Shown: piece after piece, positions 43,189-51,776 of the stretch
Numbering within the stretch: position 1 is the stretch's first letter
Layout: the number at the start of each line of letters is the position of its first letter
Assembly: GCA_030432715.1 (NCBI GenBank)
Contig: JAUIML010000002.1
Location: 1 to 59,326 of the forward strand
Direction of reading: 5' to 3'
DNA length: 59,326 nucleotides
From: Acidimicrobiia bacterium
GTDB taxonomy: Bacteria; Actinomycetota; Acidimicrobiia; Acidimicrobiales; Aldehydirespiratoraceae
Made by a program: the position numbers and the translations under genes
The notes under the pieces: generated by a model
What the model saw: only the letters and a program-made list of their open reading frames with translations
The model's database searches: none
What the model was told of the DNA's origin: nothing

Positions 43189-44391
43189 ATGATGGCAGCC
43201 ATGAGCGGCGCAGCCCAGATCGACTTCGCAACCGGCGACCCCGACCTGCTCGCGGGTGAGGCATTCCACGAGCATCTGCGTCAGCGGCGAGCCGAGGGTG
43301 CCCTGGTCGACGCGACCCTGTTCGGCATGCCGGCCCGGCTGATCACCCGATATGCCGAGCTCGACGCCGCCATCCGCGACGACGAGGGATTCCCCGCCGG
43401 ACCGACGTATGCCACGACCATCGAGCCGTGCCAGGGGGTGACCTTCGAGTCGACCGACGGTCCCGAACACCACGTGTTGCGCGACCTGACCACCCGCGAG
43501 CTGCGGGCCCGGCCCGTCGCCCGCTTCGCCGCCGACGCCATCGCGCCGCTGGCCGACGGACTCATCGACGAGTTCGCGGACGACGGCGGCGGCGACCTGA
43601 TCGACCTCTTCACCGCACGGTTTCCCTTCCACGTGTTCGGACGGCGCATGGGCCTGCCCGACGAACACCGCGATCGGTTCTTCCGCTGGAGCTTCGACAT
43701 CCTCGGGTATCCGGGCGATCCCGCGACCGGCCTCGCGGCCGCCGCCGAACTCACGGCCTGCGTCGAACCCGCACTCGCGATGCGGCGCTCGTGTCCGGCC
43801 GACCAGCTCCCCGGCCCCGACATGTTGAGTTCGATGGTCACGGCCGAGAAGGGTGGGCGCCGCCTCGACGACGAGGAGATCCGGTCCCACGTACGGGCGA
43901 TCTTCGCGGCCGGCGCGTCGACCACCCATCACGGACTCGGCAACACGCTCTATGCGCTGCTGACCCATCCCGATGCGATGGACCGACTCCGTCGGCAACC
44001 GGATCTCATCTCATCGGCGGTCGACGAGATGCTGCGATGGGAACCGCCGTTGGGGGTCCTCCCCCGAATCGCCCCCTTCGACACGGTCGTGGCCGGCGAA
44101 CCGGTCGCCGCGGGCGAATTCGTCCTCATGGGCATCGCCGCCGCCAACCGTGACGAACGGGTCCACGACGATCCCGACGTGTTCGACCTCGATCGTCGGC
44201 CGACACGCGTGCTCACGTTCGGGTTCGGTTCCCACCACTGCCCGGGCACACATCTCGCGAAGGCCCAGATCACGATCGGCATCCGGCGACTCCTCGAGCG
44301 GCTCCCGGGACTGACCCTCACCGATGAGGCCGCGGCGCGGCCCCGGGGAGCGATCCTGCGGGGGCCGACCGCCCTGCCCGTCAGCTGGTAG
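43189..44391 (+). CDS. Cytochrome P450
   Basis: Heme loop FGFGSHHCPGTHLA, I-helix AGASTTHH and EMLRWEPP (ExxR). The start is 43189, 43192 or 43201. Confidence 0.9.
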   Translation: MMAAMSGAAQIDFATGDPDLLAGEAFHEHLRQRRAEGALVDATLFGMPARLITRYAELDAAIRDDEGFPAGPTYATTIEPCQGVTFESTDGPEHHVLRDLTTRELRARPVARFAADAIAPLADGLIDEFADDGGGDLIDLFTARFPFHVFGRRMGLPDEHRDRFFRWSFDILGYPGDPATGLAAAAELTACVEPALAMRRSCPADQLPGPDMLSSMVTAEKGGRRLDDEEIRSHVRAIFAAGASTTHHGLGNTLYALLTHPDAMDRLRRQPDLISSAVDEMLRWEPPLGVLPRIAPFDTVVAGEPVAAGEFVLMGIAAANRDERVHDDPDVFDLDRRPTRVLTFGFGSHHCPGTHLAKAQITIGIRRLLERLPGLTLTDEAAARPRGAILRGPTALPVSW

Positions 44392-44441
44392 GTCTCGCTC
44401 GACGACTCCAGTAGGGCCACCCTCGCGCCGATCATGAACGG

Positions 44442-46079
44442 GTGCAGTCCACCGGTCGCCGGCGTGCGCTCCCCACCCTGATCTCGCTCCTCTGCGTGCT
44501 CGCGCTCGTCGCTCCGGCCGGCGCCTACCCGGGTGCCCCGTTCTTCGAGCCGGGCGAGACCTACGACCAGAACTTCCCCGACCCGGCGATCATCCGCGTG
44601 GGGAACACGTACTACGCCTACGCCACCACCACGGGCGGCCAGTCGATGCCGGTGATGACCTCGACCGACCTCGTCACCTGGACCGCTCGCGGCGATGCGC
44701 TCGGGACCGGCCCCTCGTGGACGCCCCCCATCGAGATCGGTTGGAACATCTGGGCGCCGACCGTGGTGGAGTTGCCGAACGGTCAGTACCTCGCCGCGTT
44801 CGCCGCCCGCACCGGCAGTGGTTCCCGCCGGTGCATCGCCACGGCGCGGGCCGACTCTCCCCTCGGCCCGTTCACGGCCCTGGGCGACGAACCCTTCGTC
44901 TGTGAGCCCGACCCCGATGGCGCGCTCGATCCCTTCCTGATCGTCGACGACGCCGATGTGCCCTGGCTGATCTGGAAGAACGAAGGCGTGCCGGTCGGGC
45001 ACCCGACGTTGTCCAGCCGCCGGACCGGTTTCTGGTCGCGCCAGTTGACCGACGACGGCGGGGCATGGCGATCCGGGTCGTCGGTGCACTTCCTGATGGA
45101 GACGACGGAGGTCGAGCGCCCCTGGCAGGGCACCGTCGTGGAGAACCCGGCGATGGCGGCGTGGGACGGCGCCTACTTCCTCACCTACTCGGCCAACTCC
45201 TACCAGAGCACTGCGTACGCGACCGGTTGGGCCCGCTGCTCCACACCGGGCGGTCCCTGTGTCGAACCCTCGACCGAACCGTTGTTGGTGTCCGACGACG
45301 TGCGCCTCGGTCCGGGTGGTCCCGCTCCGTTCGTCGACACCGACGGGGTGCTCCGGTTGGGCTATCACGGCTGGAACCCCCCGTTCACCACCTATCCGTC
45401 CTACCCGTCATGTGACACCGACGGCGACGGCACCTGCCCCGAGGCCCAGCGCTTCCTCTTCATCGACCCGATCTGCGTGAGCGGCGAACGGGCCTTCGTC
45501 TACACCCCGCACGGCGAACCCTTCTGCGACGTCGACCCCGGTCGGTACTACACGGAGGCCGTCGCCTGGCTCGCCGAGGAGGACATCACGACGGGCATCA
45601 GTCCCAGCGCCTATGGCCCCCACCAGACGGTGAGCCGAGCCCAGATGGCCACCTTCCTGTGGCGTTTGATGGGCGAGCCCACCGGCGCGCCGACGGCGCC
45701 GTTCGTCGACGTCGAGACCGGGCGCTTCTACAGCGACGCCGTCGCCTGGCTCGCCGATGCCGACATCACCACCGGACTCACCCCGTCCACGTTCGGGCCC
45801 GACGGCACCGTGACCCGCGCCCAGATGGCGGTCTTCCTGTGGCGACTCGTGGGCGAGCCGACGGCCCCGGCCACCTCGGGGTTCGTCGATGTGGCCGCCG
45901 GTCGGTGGTACTCCGACGGCGTGGCCTGGTTGGCCGACCAGGAGGTGACGACCGGCGTCGCGCCCGGAGTGTTCGATCCCGATGGTGCCGTCACCCGCGC
46001 CCAGATGGCGGCCTTCCTCTGTCGGTTGAGCGGCACGGACGCGTACACGGCGAGCGCCGCCCCCACACCGGGCTGCTGA
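44442..46079 (+). CDS. Secreted GH43-like beta-propeller protein with three C-terminal SLH domains (paralog of 19670-21388)
   Basis: Signal RRRALPTLISLLCVLALVAPAGA. FPDPAIIRVGNTYYAYATTTGG, NIWAPTVVEL, LDPFLIVDDADVPWLIWK. SLH repeats FCDVDPGRYYTEAVAWLAEEDITTG, FVDVETGRFYSDAVAWLADADITTG and FVDVAAGRWYSDGVAWLADQEVTTG. Confidence 0.7.
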   Translation: MQSTGRRRALPTLISLLCVLALVAPAGAYPGAPFFEPGETYDQNFPDPAIIRVGNTYYAYATTTGGQSMPVMTSTDLVTWTARGDALGTGPSWTPPIEIGWNIWAPTVVELPNGQYLAAFAARTGSGSRRCIATARADSPLGPFTALGDEPFVCEPDPDGALDPFLIVDDADVPWLIWKNEGVPVGHPTLSSRRTGFWSRQLTDDGGAWRSGSSVHFLMETTEVERPWQGTVVENPAMAAWDGAYFLTYSANSYQSTAYATGWARCSTPGGPCVEPSTEPLLVSDDVRLGPGGPAPFVDTDGVLRLGYHGWNPPFTTYPSYPSCDTDGDGTCPEAQRFLFIDPICVSGERAFVYTPHGEPFCDVDPGRYYTEAVAWLAEEDITTGISPSAYGPHQTVSRAQMATFLWRLMGEPTGAPTAPFVDVETGRFYSDAVAWLADADITTGLTPSTFGPDGTVTRAQMAVFLWRLVGEPTAPATSGFVDVAAGRWYSDGVAWLADQEVTTGVAPGVFDPDGAVTRAQMAAFLCRLSGTDAYTASAAPTPGC

Positions 46080-46087
46080 CGCGCCTG

Positions 46088-46591
46088 TCAGCCGTCGGTG
46101 ACGAAGTCGCCGGTGGCGGCACGAAACACCGCGAGACCCTCGGTCAGCTCCCGACAACTCGCGGCCGACAGCTCCCGCAGCCCGAAGTCGATCTCGGCGA
46201 GCGCATCGGCGCCGGATTGTGCCGCCGCCCGGCCCGGGGGCAGGATCCGGGCGAGCACCGTCCGTCTGTCGTGGTCGTCGCGAGACCGGGTGACGAACCC
46301 GCTCGTTTCGAGACGCTGGATGGTGTTGGTCACGCTCGCCGCATGGACCTGGAGCCGGTCCCCGATCTTGCCCATGGGAAGCCGCCCCTCCCGGGTGAAG
46401 CTCAGCAGGGCCAGGACCTCGAAGCGGCTGAAGTTCAGATCGAACGGCGCGAGCGCGGCATCGATGCGACCCTGGACGATCTGTTGCACGCGGGCGATCG
46501 AGGTCGCCGCCTTCATCGCCTCGTCCGCTCCCCATCCCCGCTGCGTCCAGTTGCGGCCGGCCTCTTCGATCGGGTCGAACTCCAGCGTCAC
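46088..46591 (-). CDS. MarR family transcriptional regulator
   Basis: Track ORF trimmed to GTG 46591 so that it does not run into the divergent mutase gene. FSRFEVLALLSFTREGRLPMGKIGDRLQVHAASVTNTIQRLETSGFVTRSRDDHDRRTV. Confidence 0.8.
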   Translation of the reverse strand: MTLEFDPIEEAGRNWTQRGWGADEAMKAATSIARVQQIVQGRIDAALAPFDLNFSRFEVLALLSFTREGRLPMGKIGDRLQVHAASVTNTIQRLETSGFVTRSRDDHDRRTVLARILPPGRAAAQSGADALAEIDFGLRELSAASCRELTEGLAVFRAATGDFVTDG

Positions 46592-46619
46592 GACGACTAC
46601 GCTAGAGCGAGATACTTTG

Positions 46620-48290
46620 ATGTCCAAGTATTTCGGATGGAGTGCTCCGATGGTCGACCCCACGAGTGATGCCCGGGCCGCATGGCAGGCCGACTACGAC
46701 CGGGCGCCGCTGCGCGACGTTCCCTTCGAGACGATGTCGGGCGTGCCGCTCGACCCCGTCCACGGAGATGGTCCCTTTCCCGGTCAGTACCCCTACACCC
46801 GCGGCCTCCACGCCGCGGGATATCGCTCGCGCCTGTGGACCATGCGCATGTTCGCCGGGTTCGGCACCGCGGAGGACACCAACGCCCGGTTCAAGGAACT
46901 CCTGCGAGCGGGTGGAACGGGTCTGTCGACCGCGTTCGACATGCCCACCCTGATGGGCCGCGATTCCGACAGCCCCTGGGCCCTCGGCGAGGTCGGCCGG
47001 GCCGGGGTGGCCGTCGACACCCTGGCCGACATGGAGGACCTCTTCGCCGACATCGACCTGAGCACCGTCTCGACGTCGATGACCATCAACGGGCCGGCCG
47101 CCACGCTGCTGGCGATGTACGTCGCCGTCGGAGAGAAGACCGGCGTCGCCCGACGCGATCTCGCCGGCACGATCCAGAACGACATCCTGAAGGAGTACCA
47201 GGCGCAGAAGGAGTACATCTATCCGCCCCGGCCCTCGATGCGCCTCGTCACCGACATGGTGAAGTTCACCACCGCCGAGATGCCGAAATGGCACCCGATC
47301 TCGATCTCCGGCTACCACATCCGCGAGGCCGGCTCGACCGCCGCGCAGGAACTCGCCTTCACGCTGGCCAACGGGTTCGCCTACGTCGAAGCGGCGATCG
47401 CCGCCGGCGAGGACATCGACGAGTTCGGTCGCCGACTCTCCTTCTTCTTCAACAGCCACACCGACTTCTTCGAGGAGATCGGCAAGTTCCGGGCCGCACG
47501 CCGCATCTGGGCCCGCTGGATGAAGGAGCGCTACGGAGCCACCGACGAACGGGCGATGATGTGTCGCTTCCACACGCAGACCGCCGGCGTGTCACTCACC
47601 GCCCAGCAACCCGAGGTCAACATCGCCCGAGTGGCGACCCAGGCGCTCGCCGCCGCACTGGGCGGCACGCAGAGTCTGCACACCGACAGCTTCGACGAGG
47701 CCCACGCCCTTCCCACCGAGAAGGCGGCCCGGATCGCGCTCCGCACCCAGCAGGTCGTCGCGCACGAACTCGGGGTGACCAACGTGGTCGATCCGCTGGG
47801 GGGTGCACCCTTCGTCGAGTGGATGACCGACGAGATGGAACGACAGGCGGAGGCCGTGTTCGCCCACCTCGACGAACTGGGCGACGGATCGATCCTCGAA
47901 GGCGTCTACGCCGGCATCGACAACGGGTACTTCGTCGGCGAGATCGCCGATGCCGCCTACCGCTTCGAACGTGAGGTCAACGCCGAACGTCGGATCATCG
48001 TCGGGGTCAACGCCTTCACCGACGGCGACGAGGACACCGACCCGAACCTGCTGCGCATCGACCACGCCACCGAGGAGTATCAGCGCAAGCGACTCGACGC
48101 GGTGAAGAAGGACCGCGATCAGGAAGCGGTCGACACCGCCCTCGCCGCGATCACGACCGATGCCGCCGACTCGAACGTCAACCTCATGCCCTCGATCATC
48201 GAGGCGGTGAGGGTCTACGCCACCGAGGAGGAGGTCGCCATGGCCATGGAGACCGTCTTCGGCACCCATGTCGAAACGGCGATCGTATGA
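46620..48290 (+). CDS. Adenosylcobalamin-dependent acyl-CoA mutase, large (substrate-binding) subunit; ICM/HCM-like rather than canonical methylmalonyl-CoA mutase
   Basis: Tail of track ORF 46098-48290. YPYTRGLHAAGYRSRLWTMRMFAGFGTAEDTN, STAFDMPTLMGRDSD, GTIQNDILKEYQAQKEYIYPP. There is a Gln where MCM has its carboxylate-binding Arg, by my alignment from memory. Confidence 0.75.
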   Translation: MSKYFGWSAPMVDPTSDARAAWQADYDRAPLRDVPFETMSGVPLDPVHGDGPFPGQYPYTRGLHAAGYRSRLWTMRMFAGFGTAEDTNARFKELLRAGGTGLSTAFDMPTLMGRDSDSPWALGEVGRAGVAVDTLADMEDLFADIDLSTVSTSMTINGPAATLLAMYVAVGEKTGVARRDLAGTIQNDILKEYQAQKEYIYPPRPSMRLVTDMVKFTTAEMPKWHPISISGYHIREAGSTAAQELAFTLANGFAYVEAAIAAGEDIDEFGRRLSFFFNSHTDFFEEIGKFRAARRIWARWMKERYGATDERAMMCRFHTQTAGVSLTAQQPEVNIARVATQALAAALGGTQSLHTDSFDEAHALPTEKAARIALRTQQVVAHELGVTNVVDPLGGAPFVEWMTDEMERQAEAVFAHLDELGDGSILEGVYAGIDNGYFVGEIADAAYRFEREVNAERRIIVGVNAFTDGDEDTDPNLLRIDHATEEYQRKRLDAVKKDRDQEAVDTALAAITTDAADSNVNLMPSIIEAVRVYATEEEVAMAMETVFGTHVETAIV

Positions 48291-48342
48291 CGCCGTCCGG
48301 CGGGGAGGACACAACGACGCCGTCCGGCGGGGAGGACACGAT
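48289..48342 (+). repeat. 27-nt tandem duplication (GACGCCGTCCGGCGGGGAGGACACAAC / ...CACGAT), 25 of 27 identical
   Basis: Read directly. It spans the mutase stop and the small-subunit ribosome-binding region. Each copy carries GGGGAGGA. Confidence 0.9.
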
Positions 48343-48343
48343 C

Positions 48344-48736
48344 ATGACGCCCCCGCGGATCGTGCTGGCCAAGCTGGGGCTCGACGGTCACGACCGGGGC
48401 ATCAAGGTCGTGGCCCGCATGCTGCGCGACGCGGGGATGGAGGTCATCTACCTCGGTCTACGCCAGACGACCGACAGCATCGTGGCCGCGGTCGAGCAGG
48501 AGGACGCCGACGCGATCGGGCTCTCGATGCACAACGCCGGTCACCTGACGCTCGGACCGGCCATGCTCGCCGCCCTCGATACCGCCGAACTCGACGTGCC
48601 CGTCATCATCGGCGGGATCGTGCCTGATGCCGATCTGCCGATCCTCCACGACGCCGGCATCGCCGCCGTGCTCGGGCCCGGCGCGTCGGCAGAAGAGGTC
48701 GTCTCGACCGTGCGCCGCGTGGTCGCCGACGCGTGA
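48344..48736 (+). CDS. Acyl-CoA mutase small subunit (B12-binding domain)
   Basis: ATG at 48344, with GGAGGA 8 nt upstream. MTPPRIVLAKLGLDGHDRGIKVVARMLRDAGMEVIYLG carries the DxHxxG motif. The track start at 48287 would add the duplicated TPSGGEDT peptide. Confidence 0.8.
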   Translation: MTPPRIVLAKLGLDGHDRGIKVVARMLRDAGMEVIYLGLRQTTDSIVAAVEQEDADAIGLSMHNAGHLTLGPAMLAALDTAELDVPVIIGGIVPDADLPILHDAGIAAVLGPGASAEEVVSTVRRVVADA

Positions 48737-49704
48737 GTCTGCGAGAGCGGTCTCCCGAAGCGCTCGTCGAACGGGCGATGACCGGCGACCGGCGAGCCGT
48801 CGGACGTCTGCTGAGTCTCGTCGAGCGGGGCGGCGCCGAGGCCGAACAGATCGCCGAGCTGACGCACGCCGCGAGCCGCGACGCCCACGTGATCGGGATC
48901 ACCGGCGCGCCGGGGGCGGGGAAGTCGACGATGGTCGCCCGTCTGGTCGCGGAGTCCACCAGCCGCGGCAACTCGCCGGCCGTGCTCGCCGTCGATCCGT
49001 CGTCACCGCTCACCGGCGGCGCCATCCTCGGCGACCGGGTGCGCATGGCCGAGATCGACACCACGGCGTTCATCCGATCGGTGGCCACCCGCGGCCACGC
49101 CGGCGGGCTCGCCCTCGCCGTTCCGGGCGGGGCTCGCGTGCTCGCCGCGTCGGGGTTCGATCCCGTCGTCATCGAGACGGTCGGCGTCGGGCAGGTCGAG
49201 GTCGACATCACTGCCGCGGCCGACACGACCGTCGTCGTGGTCACCCCCGGAATGGGCGACGCCGTGCAGGCCAACAAAGCCGGACTGCTCGAGGTCGCCG
49301 ACGTGTTCGTGGTCAACAAGGCCGACCGACCCGGAGCCGACGACACCCGCCGAGATCTCGAACTCATGCTCGAACTGAGTCACGTGACCGGGCAGGGAAA
49401 CGCCGACTTCCGTCCGTCGATCGTGATGGTCAACTCCCTCGACGGCACCGGGGTCGACGAGGTCGCCGCACGAATCGAGGCGCACCGTGCGTATCTCGAG
49501 CACTCGGGTCGGCTCCACGCCCGTCGCTGTCGGCGGGTGCGGTTCGAACTGGCGAGCCGTGCCGGACTGCGCTTCGAGCGCGACCTCGAGACCATCCTCG
49601 GTTCGCCGACGATGGCAGCCGTGATCGACGACGTGGCCGCCGGCACGGCCACCCCGGCGGCCGGGCTCGATGCGCTTGCGGCATCGCTCGCCGAACGTCC
49701 CTAA
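48733..49704 (+). CDS. meaB: MeaB/ArgK-type G-protein chaperone for acyl-CoA mutase
   Basis: GTGA overlap with the upstream gene. P-loop GITGAPGAGKST, then VIETVGVGQ and VVNKAD. Confidence 0.85.
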   Translation: MSLRERSPEALVERAMTGDRRAVGRLLSLVERGGAEAEQIAELTHAASRDAHVIGITGAPGAGKSTMVARLVAESTSRGNSPAVLAVDPSSPLTGGAILGDRVRMAEIDTTAFIRSVATRGHAGGLALAVPGGARVLAASGFDPVVIETVGVGQVEVDITAAADTTVVVVTPGMGDAVQANKAGLLEVADVFVVNKADRPGADDTRRDLELMLELSHVTGQGNADFRPSIVMVNSLDGTGVDEVAARIEAHRAYLEHSGRLHARRCRRVRFELASRAGLRFERDLETILGSPTMAAVIDDVAAGTATPAAGLDALAASLAERP

Positions 49705-49713
49705 CATCGCCCG

Positions 49714-50895
49714 ATGAGCCCAGCCACCGACATCCTCGATCCGACCTGGTGGCAGCAGGATCCCCAGGCCGACTATCGGGACCTGCTCGCCCACGACGGA
49801 TTGTGGCGCGACGAGCGCAGCGGCTTCTGGCTCGCCGCCCGCCATGCCGATCTCCTCCAGGTCGAACGCGACCCCGTCACCTTCGCGAGCCGGGCCGACG
49901 GTGGCGGGGCCTACCGGCTCAACCCGTCTCCCGGGGAGGAGACGATGATCAGCAAGGACGACCCCGACCATCTCGCCCAGCGTCGACTCGTGAACCGACG
50001 GTTCACTCCGAAGGCCGTTCGTGACCACACCGACCACTACACCGCACTGGTCAGCGACCTCGTCGAGCGCGCCATCGACGAATCGACCACCAACGGTCAC
50101 GTCGAGGTGGTCGACGCACTGGCGTCCCAGCTGCCCTGTCGGGTCACCGCGGAGCTCCTCGGCTTCGGTCAGGAGATGTGGCGTGAGGTGAAGAACTGGT
50201 CCGAACGCCAGATGCGCATCGACTCGGCCGTCAACGATCCGGCCCTGTTCGAGTCGTTCATGAGCAGCATCCAGGAATGGGCCGCCGTGATGCAGACCGT
50301 GCTGCCGGAGCGAGTCGCCGAACCGGCCGACGATCTGTTCTCCGATTGGCTCGCCGCGGGGATGGACGGCAACACCATGGTGATGGAGACCGGTCTGGTC
50401 ATCGCCGGTGGGGCCGAGACGACCCGCACGGTGATCGCCCACGGTCTGCGCACCTTGTGCGAGCACCCCGACGTGTGGGAGCGGATGGCCGAGGATCCGT
50501 CGACCGTGCCGGCCACCGTCGAGGAACTCATCCGCTGGGTGACGCCGCTCAACAACATGTTTCGCATCACCACCACCGCCACCGAAGTCGCGGGCACGGC
50601 AATCGCCGCCGGCGACCGCGTCGCCCTCGTGTACCCGGCCGCCAACCGAGACCCGGCGGTGTTCGACCGGCCCGACGAGTTCGACGCCACCCGTGACCCG
50701 AATCCCCACCTGTCGTTCGGCCACGGCACCCACTTCTGTCTCGGCGCCAACCTCGCCCGCATCGAACTCCGACTCCTCTTCGAGGCACTGAGCCGACGGG
50801 TCACCAACCTCCGCGTCGTCCGCGAGCCCGACGTCGAGCCCAACATCTTCGCTCGGGCCGTGCGCTCCTTCGGCCTCGCCTGGGACCTCCGCTAA
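49714..50895 (+). CDS. Cytochrome P450
   Basis: Heme loop FGHGTHFCLGANLA, I-helix AGGAETT and ELIRWVTP. Confidence 0.9.
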   Translation: MSPATDILDPTWWQQDPQADYRDLLAHDGLWRDERSGFWLAARHADLLQVERDPVTFASRADGGGAYRLNPSPGEETMISKDDPDHLAQRRLVNRRFTPKAVRDHTDHYTALVSDLVERAIDESTTNGHVEVVDALASQLPCRVTAELLGFGQEMWREVKNWSERQMRIDSAVNDPALFESFMSSIQEWAAVMQTVLPERVAEPADDLFSDWLAAGMDGNTMVMETGLVIAGGAETTRTVIAHGLRTLCEHPDVWERMAEDPSTVPATVEELIRWVTPLNNMFRITTTATEVAGTAIAAGDRVALVYPAANRDPAVFDRPDEFDATRDPNPHLSFGHGTHFCLGANLARIELRLLFEALSRRVTNLRVVREPDVEPNIFARAVRSFGLAWDLR

Positions 50896-51698
50896 CCCGC
50901 CCGCACCCGCCCGAACCGCTCCCGGGTGGGGGTTTCTGCAGCGGGTGTGTAGATGACCGCGCTCCAGCCCGGGTGATCGGGGAGGAACAGCCGATGGTGG
51001 TCGAAGACCAACTCACCCTCGGTGACGTGGGCGAAACGGCGCGTCTGAGGAGAGAACACCGCCACGTCGTGCCCCTTCCACGCGGCCGCGAACTCAGGGT
51101 GTTGAGCCCGGAGTTCGTCGGCCAACGCCGACCCCTCGGGACTCGGGAACTGGCCGAGATGCAGACGGAACTGGCGGGCCAGACGGACGACCTCGTCGGA
51201 CCAGTCGGTCATGAACTCGCGCAATGCCGGGGTCTCGAGCGTGAGACGGAGGAGATTCGGGTCGGGGGTCTCGACGATGACCGGGAAGAGGGCCGACTCG
51301 GCATCGTTCCAGCAGACCAGGTTCCACGCATGGTCCAGGACGTAGGCCGGGTTGGGTTCGAGACCGTCGACCAGGACCCGCTGGGACGCGTCGGCGGACT
51401 GGCCGGCGACCGACGGCGTGGGCTGGCCCACGTCGGCCAGTCCGAACAGATGGGCCCGCTCGGGAGGGCTCAGGCGCAGGGCAGTGGCGAGACCGTCGAG
51501 CACCTCGGCGGAGACCCGGTTGGCCCGACCCTGCTCGAGCCGGGTGAGCCACGACACCCCGATGTTGGCGAGCACCGCGACCTCCTCCCGACGGAGACCC
51601 TCGGCGCGCCGGCCACCGCCGGCGGGAAGGCCGACATCGGCGGGCCGCAGACGCTCCCGCCGACTCCGCAGGAACTCCCCCAGTTCATCGGCCTTCAC
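50892..51698 (-). CDS. MmyB-like (XRE-HTH plus ligand-binding domain) transcriptional regulator
   Basis: LGEFLRSRRERLRPADVGLPAGGGRRAEGLRREEVAVLANIGVSWLTRLEQGR. Confidence 0.75.
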   Translation of the reverse strand: MKADELGEFLRSRRERLRPADVGLPAGGGRRAEGLRREEVAVLANIGVSWLTRLEQGRANRVSAEVLDGLATALRLSPPERAHLFGLADVGQPTPSVAGQSADASQRVLVDGLEPNPAYVLDHAWNLVCWNDAESALFPVIVETPDPNLLRLTLETPALREFMTDWSDEVVRLARQFRLHLGQFPSPEGSALADELRAQHPEFAAAWKGHDVAVFSPQTRRFAHVTEGELVFDHHRLFLPDHPGWSAVIYTPAAETPTRERFGRVRAG

Positions 51699-51702
51699 CT
51701 AG

Positions 51703-51733
51703 CTGATGGTAACACTGGTGATACCACCATCAG
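51703..51733. promoter_or_regulatory. Inverted repeat CTGATGGT-N15-ACCATCAG in the divergent MmyB/aminotransferase gap
   Basis: 8-bp arms read directly. The spacer holds the tandem near-repeat TGGTAACAC/TGGTGATAC. A GGTGCAC...GGTGCACC direct repeat follows at 51751-51774. Confidence 0.4.
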
Positions 51734-51776
51734 AGGGGCCTTCCCCCAGACGGTGCACATCCTTCAGGGTGCACCA

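Noticed and set aside
43144-46535. Minus-strand ORFs 43144-43998, 43950-45368 and 45408-46535
   Set aside because: They lie antisense to the P450 and the GH43-SLH gene. Their composition is low-complexity Arg/Gly-rich with no motifs.
46620-48290. Annotating the mutase as methylmalonyl-CoA mutase
   Set aside because: The carboxylate-binding Arg of MCM appears to be replaced by Gln (KEYQAQKEY), and the DMPTLMGRDSD block resembles ICM/HCM-type enzymes. I kept it as an acyl-CoA mutase of uncertain substrate.
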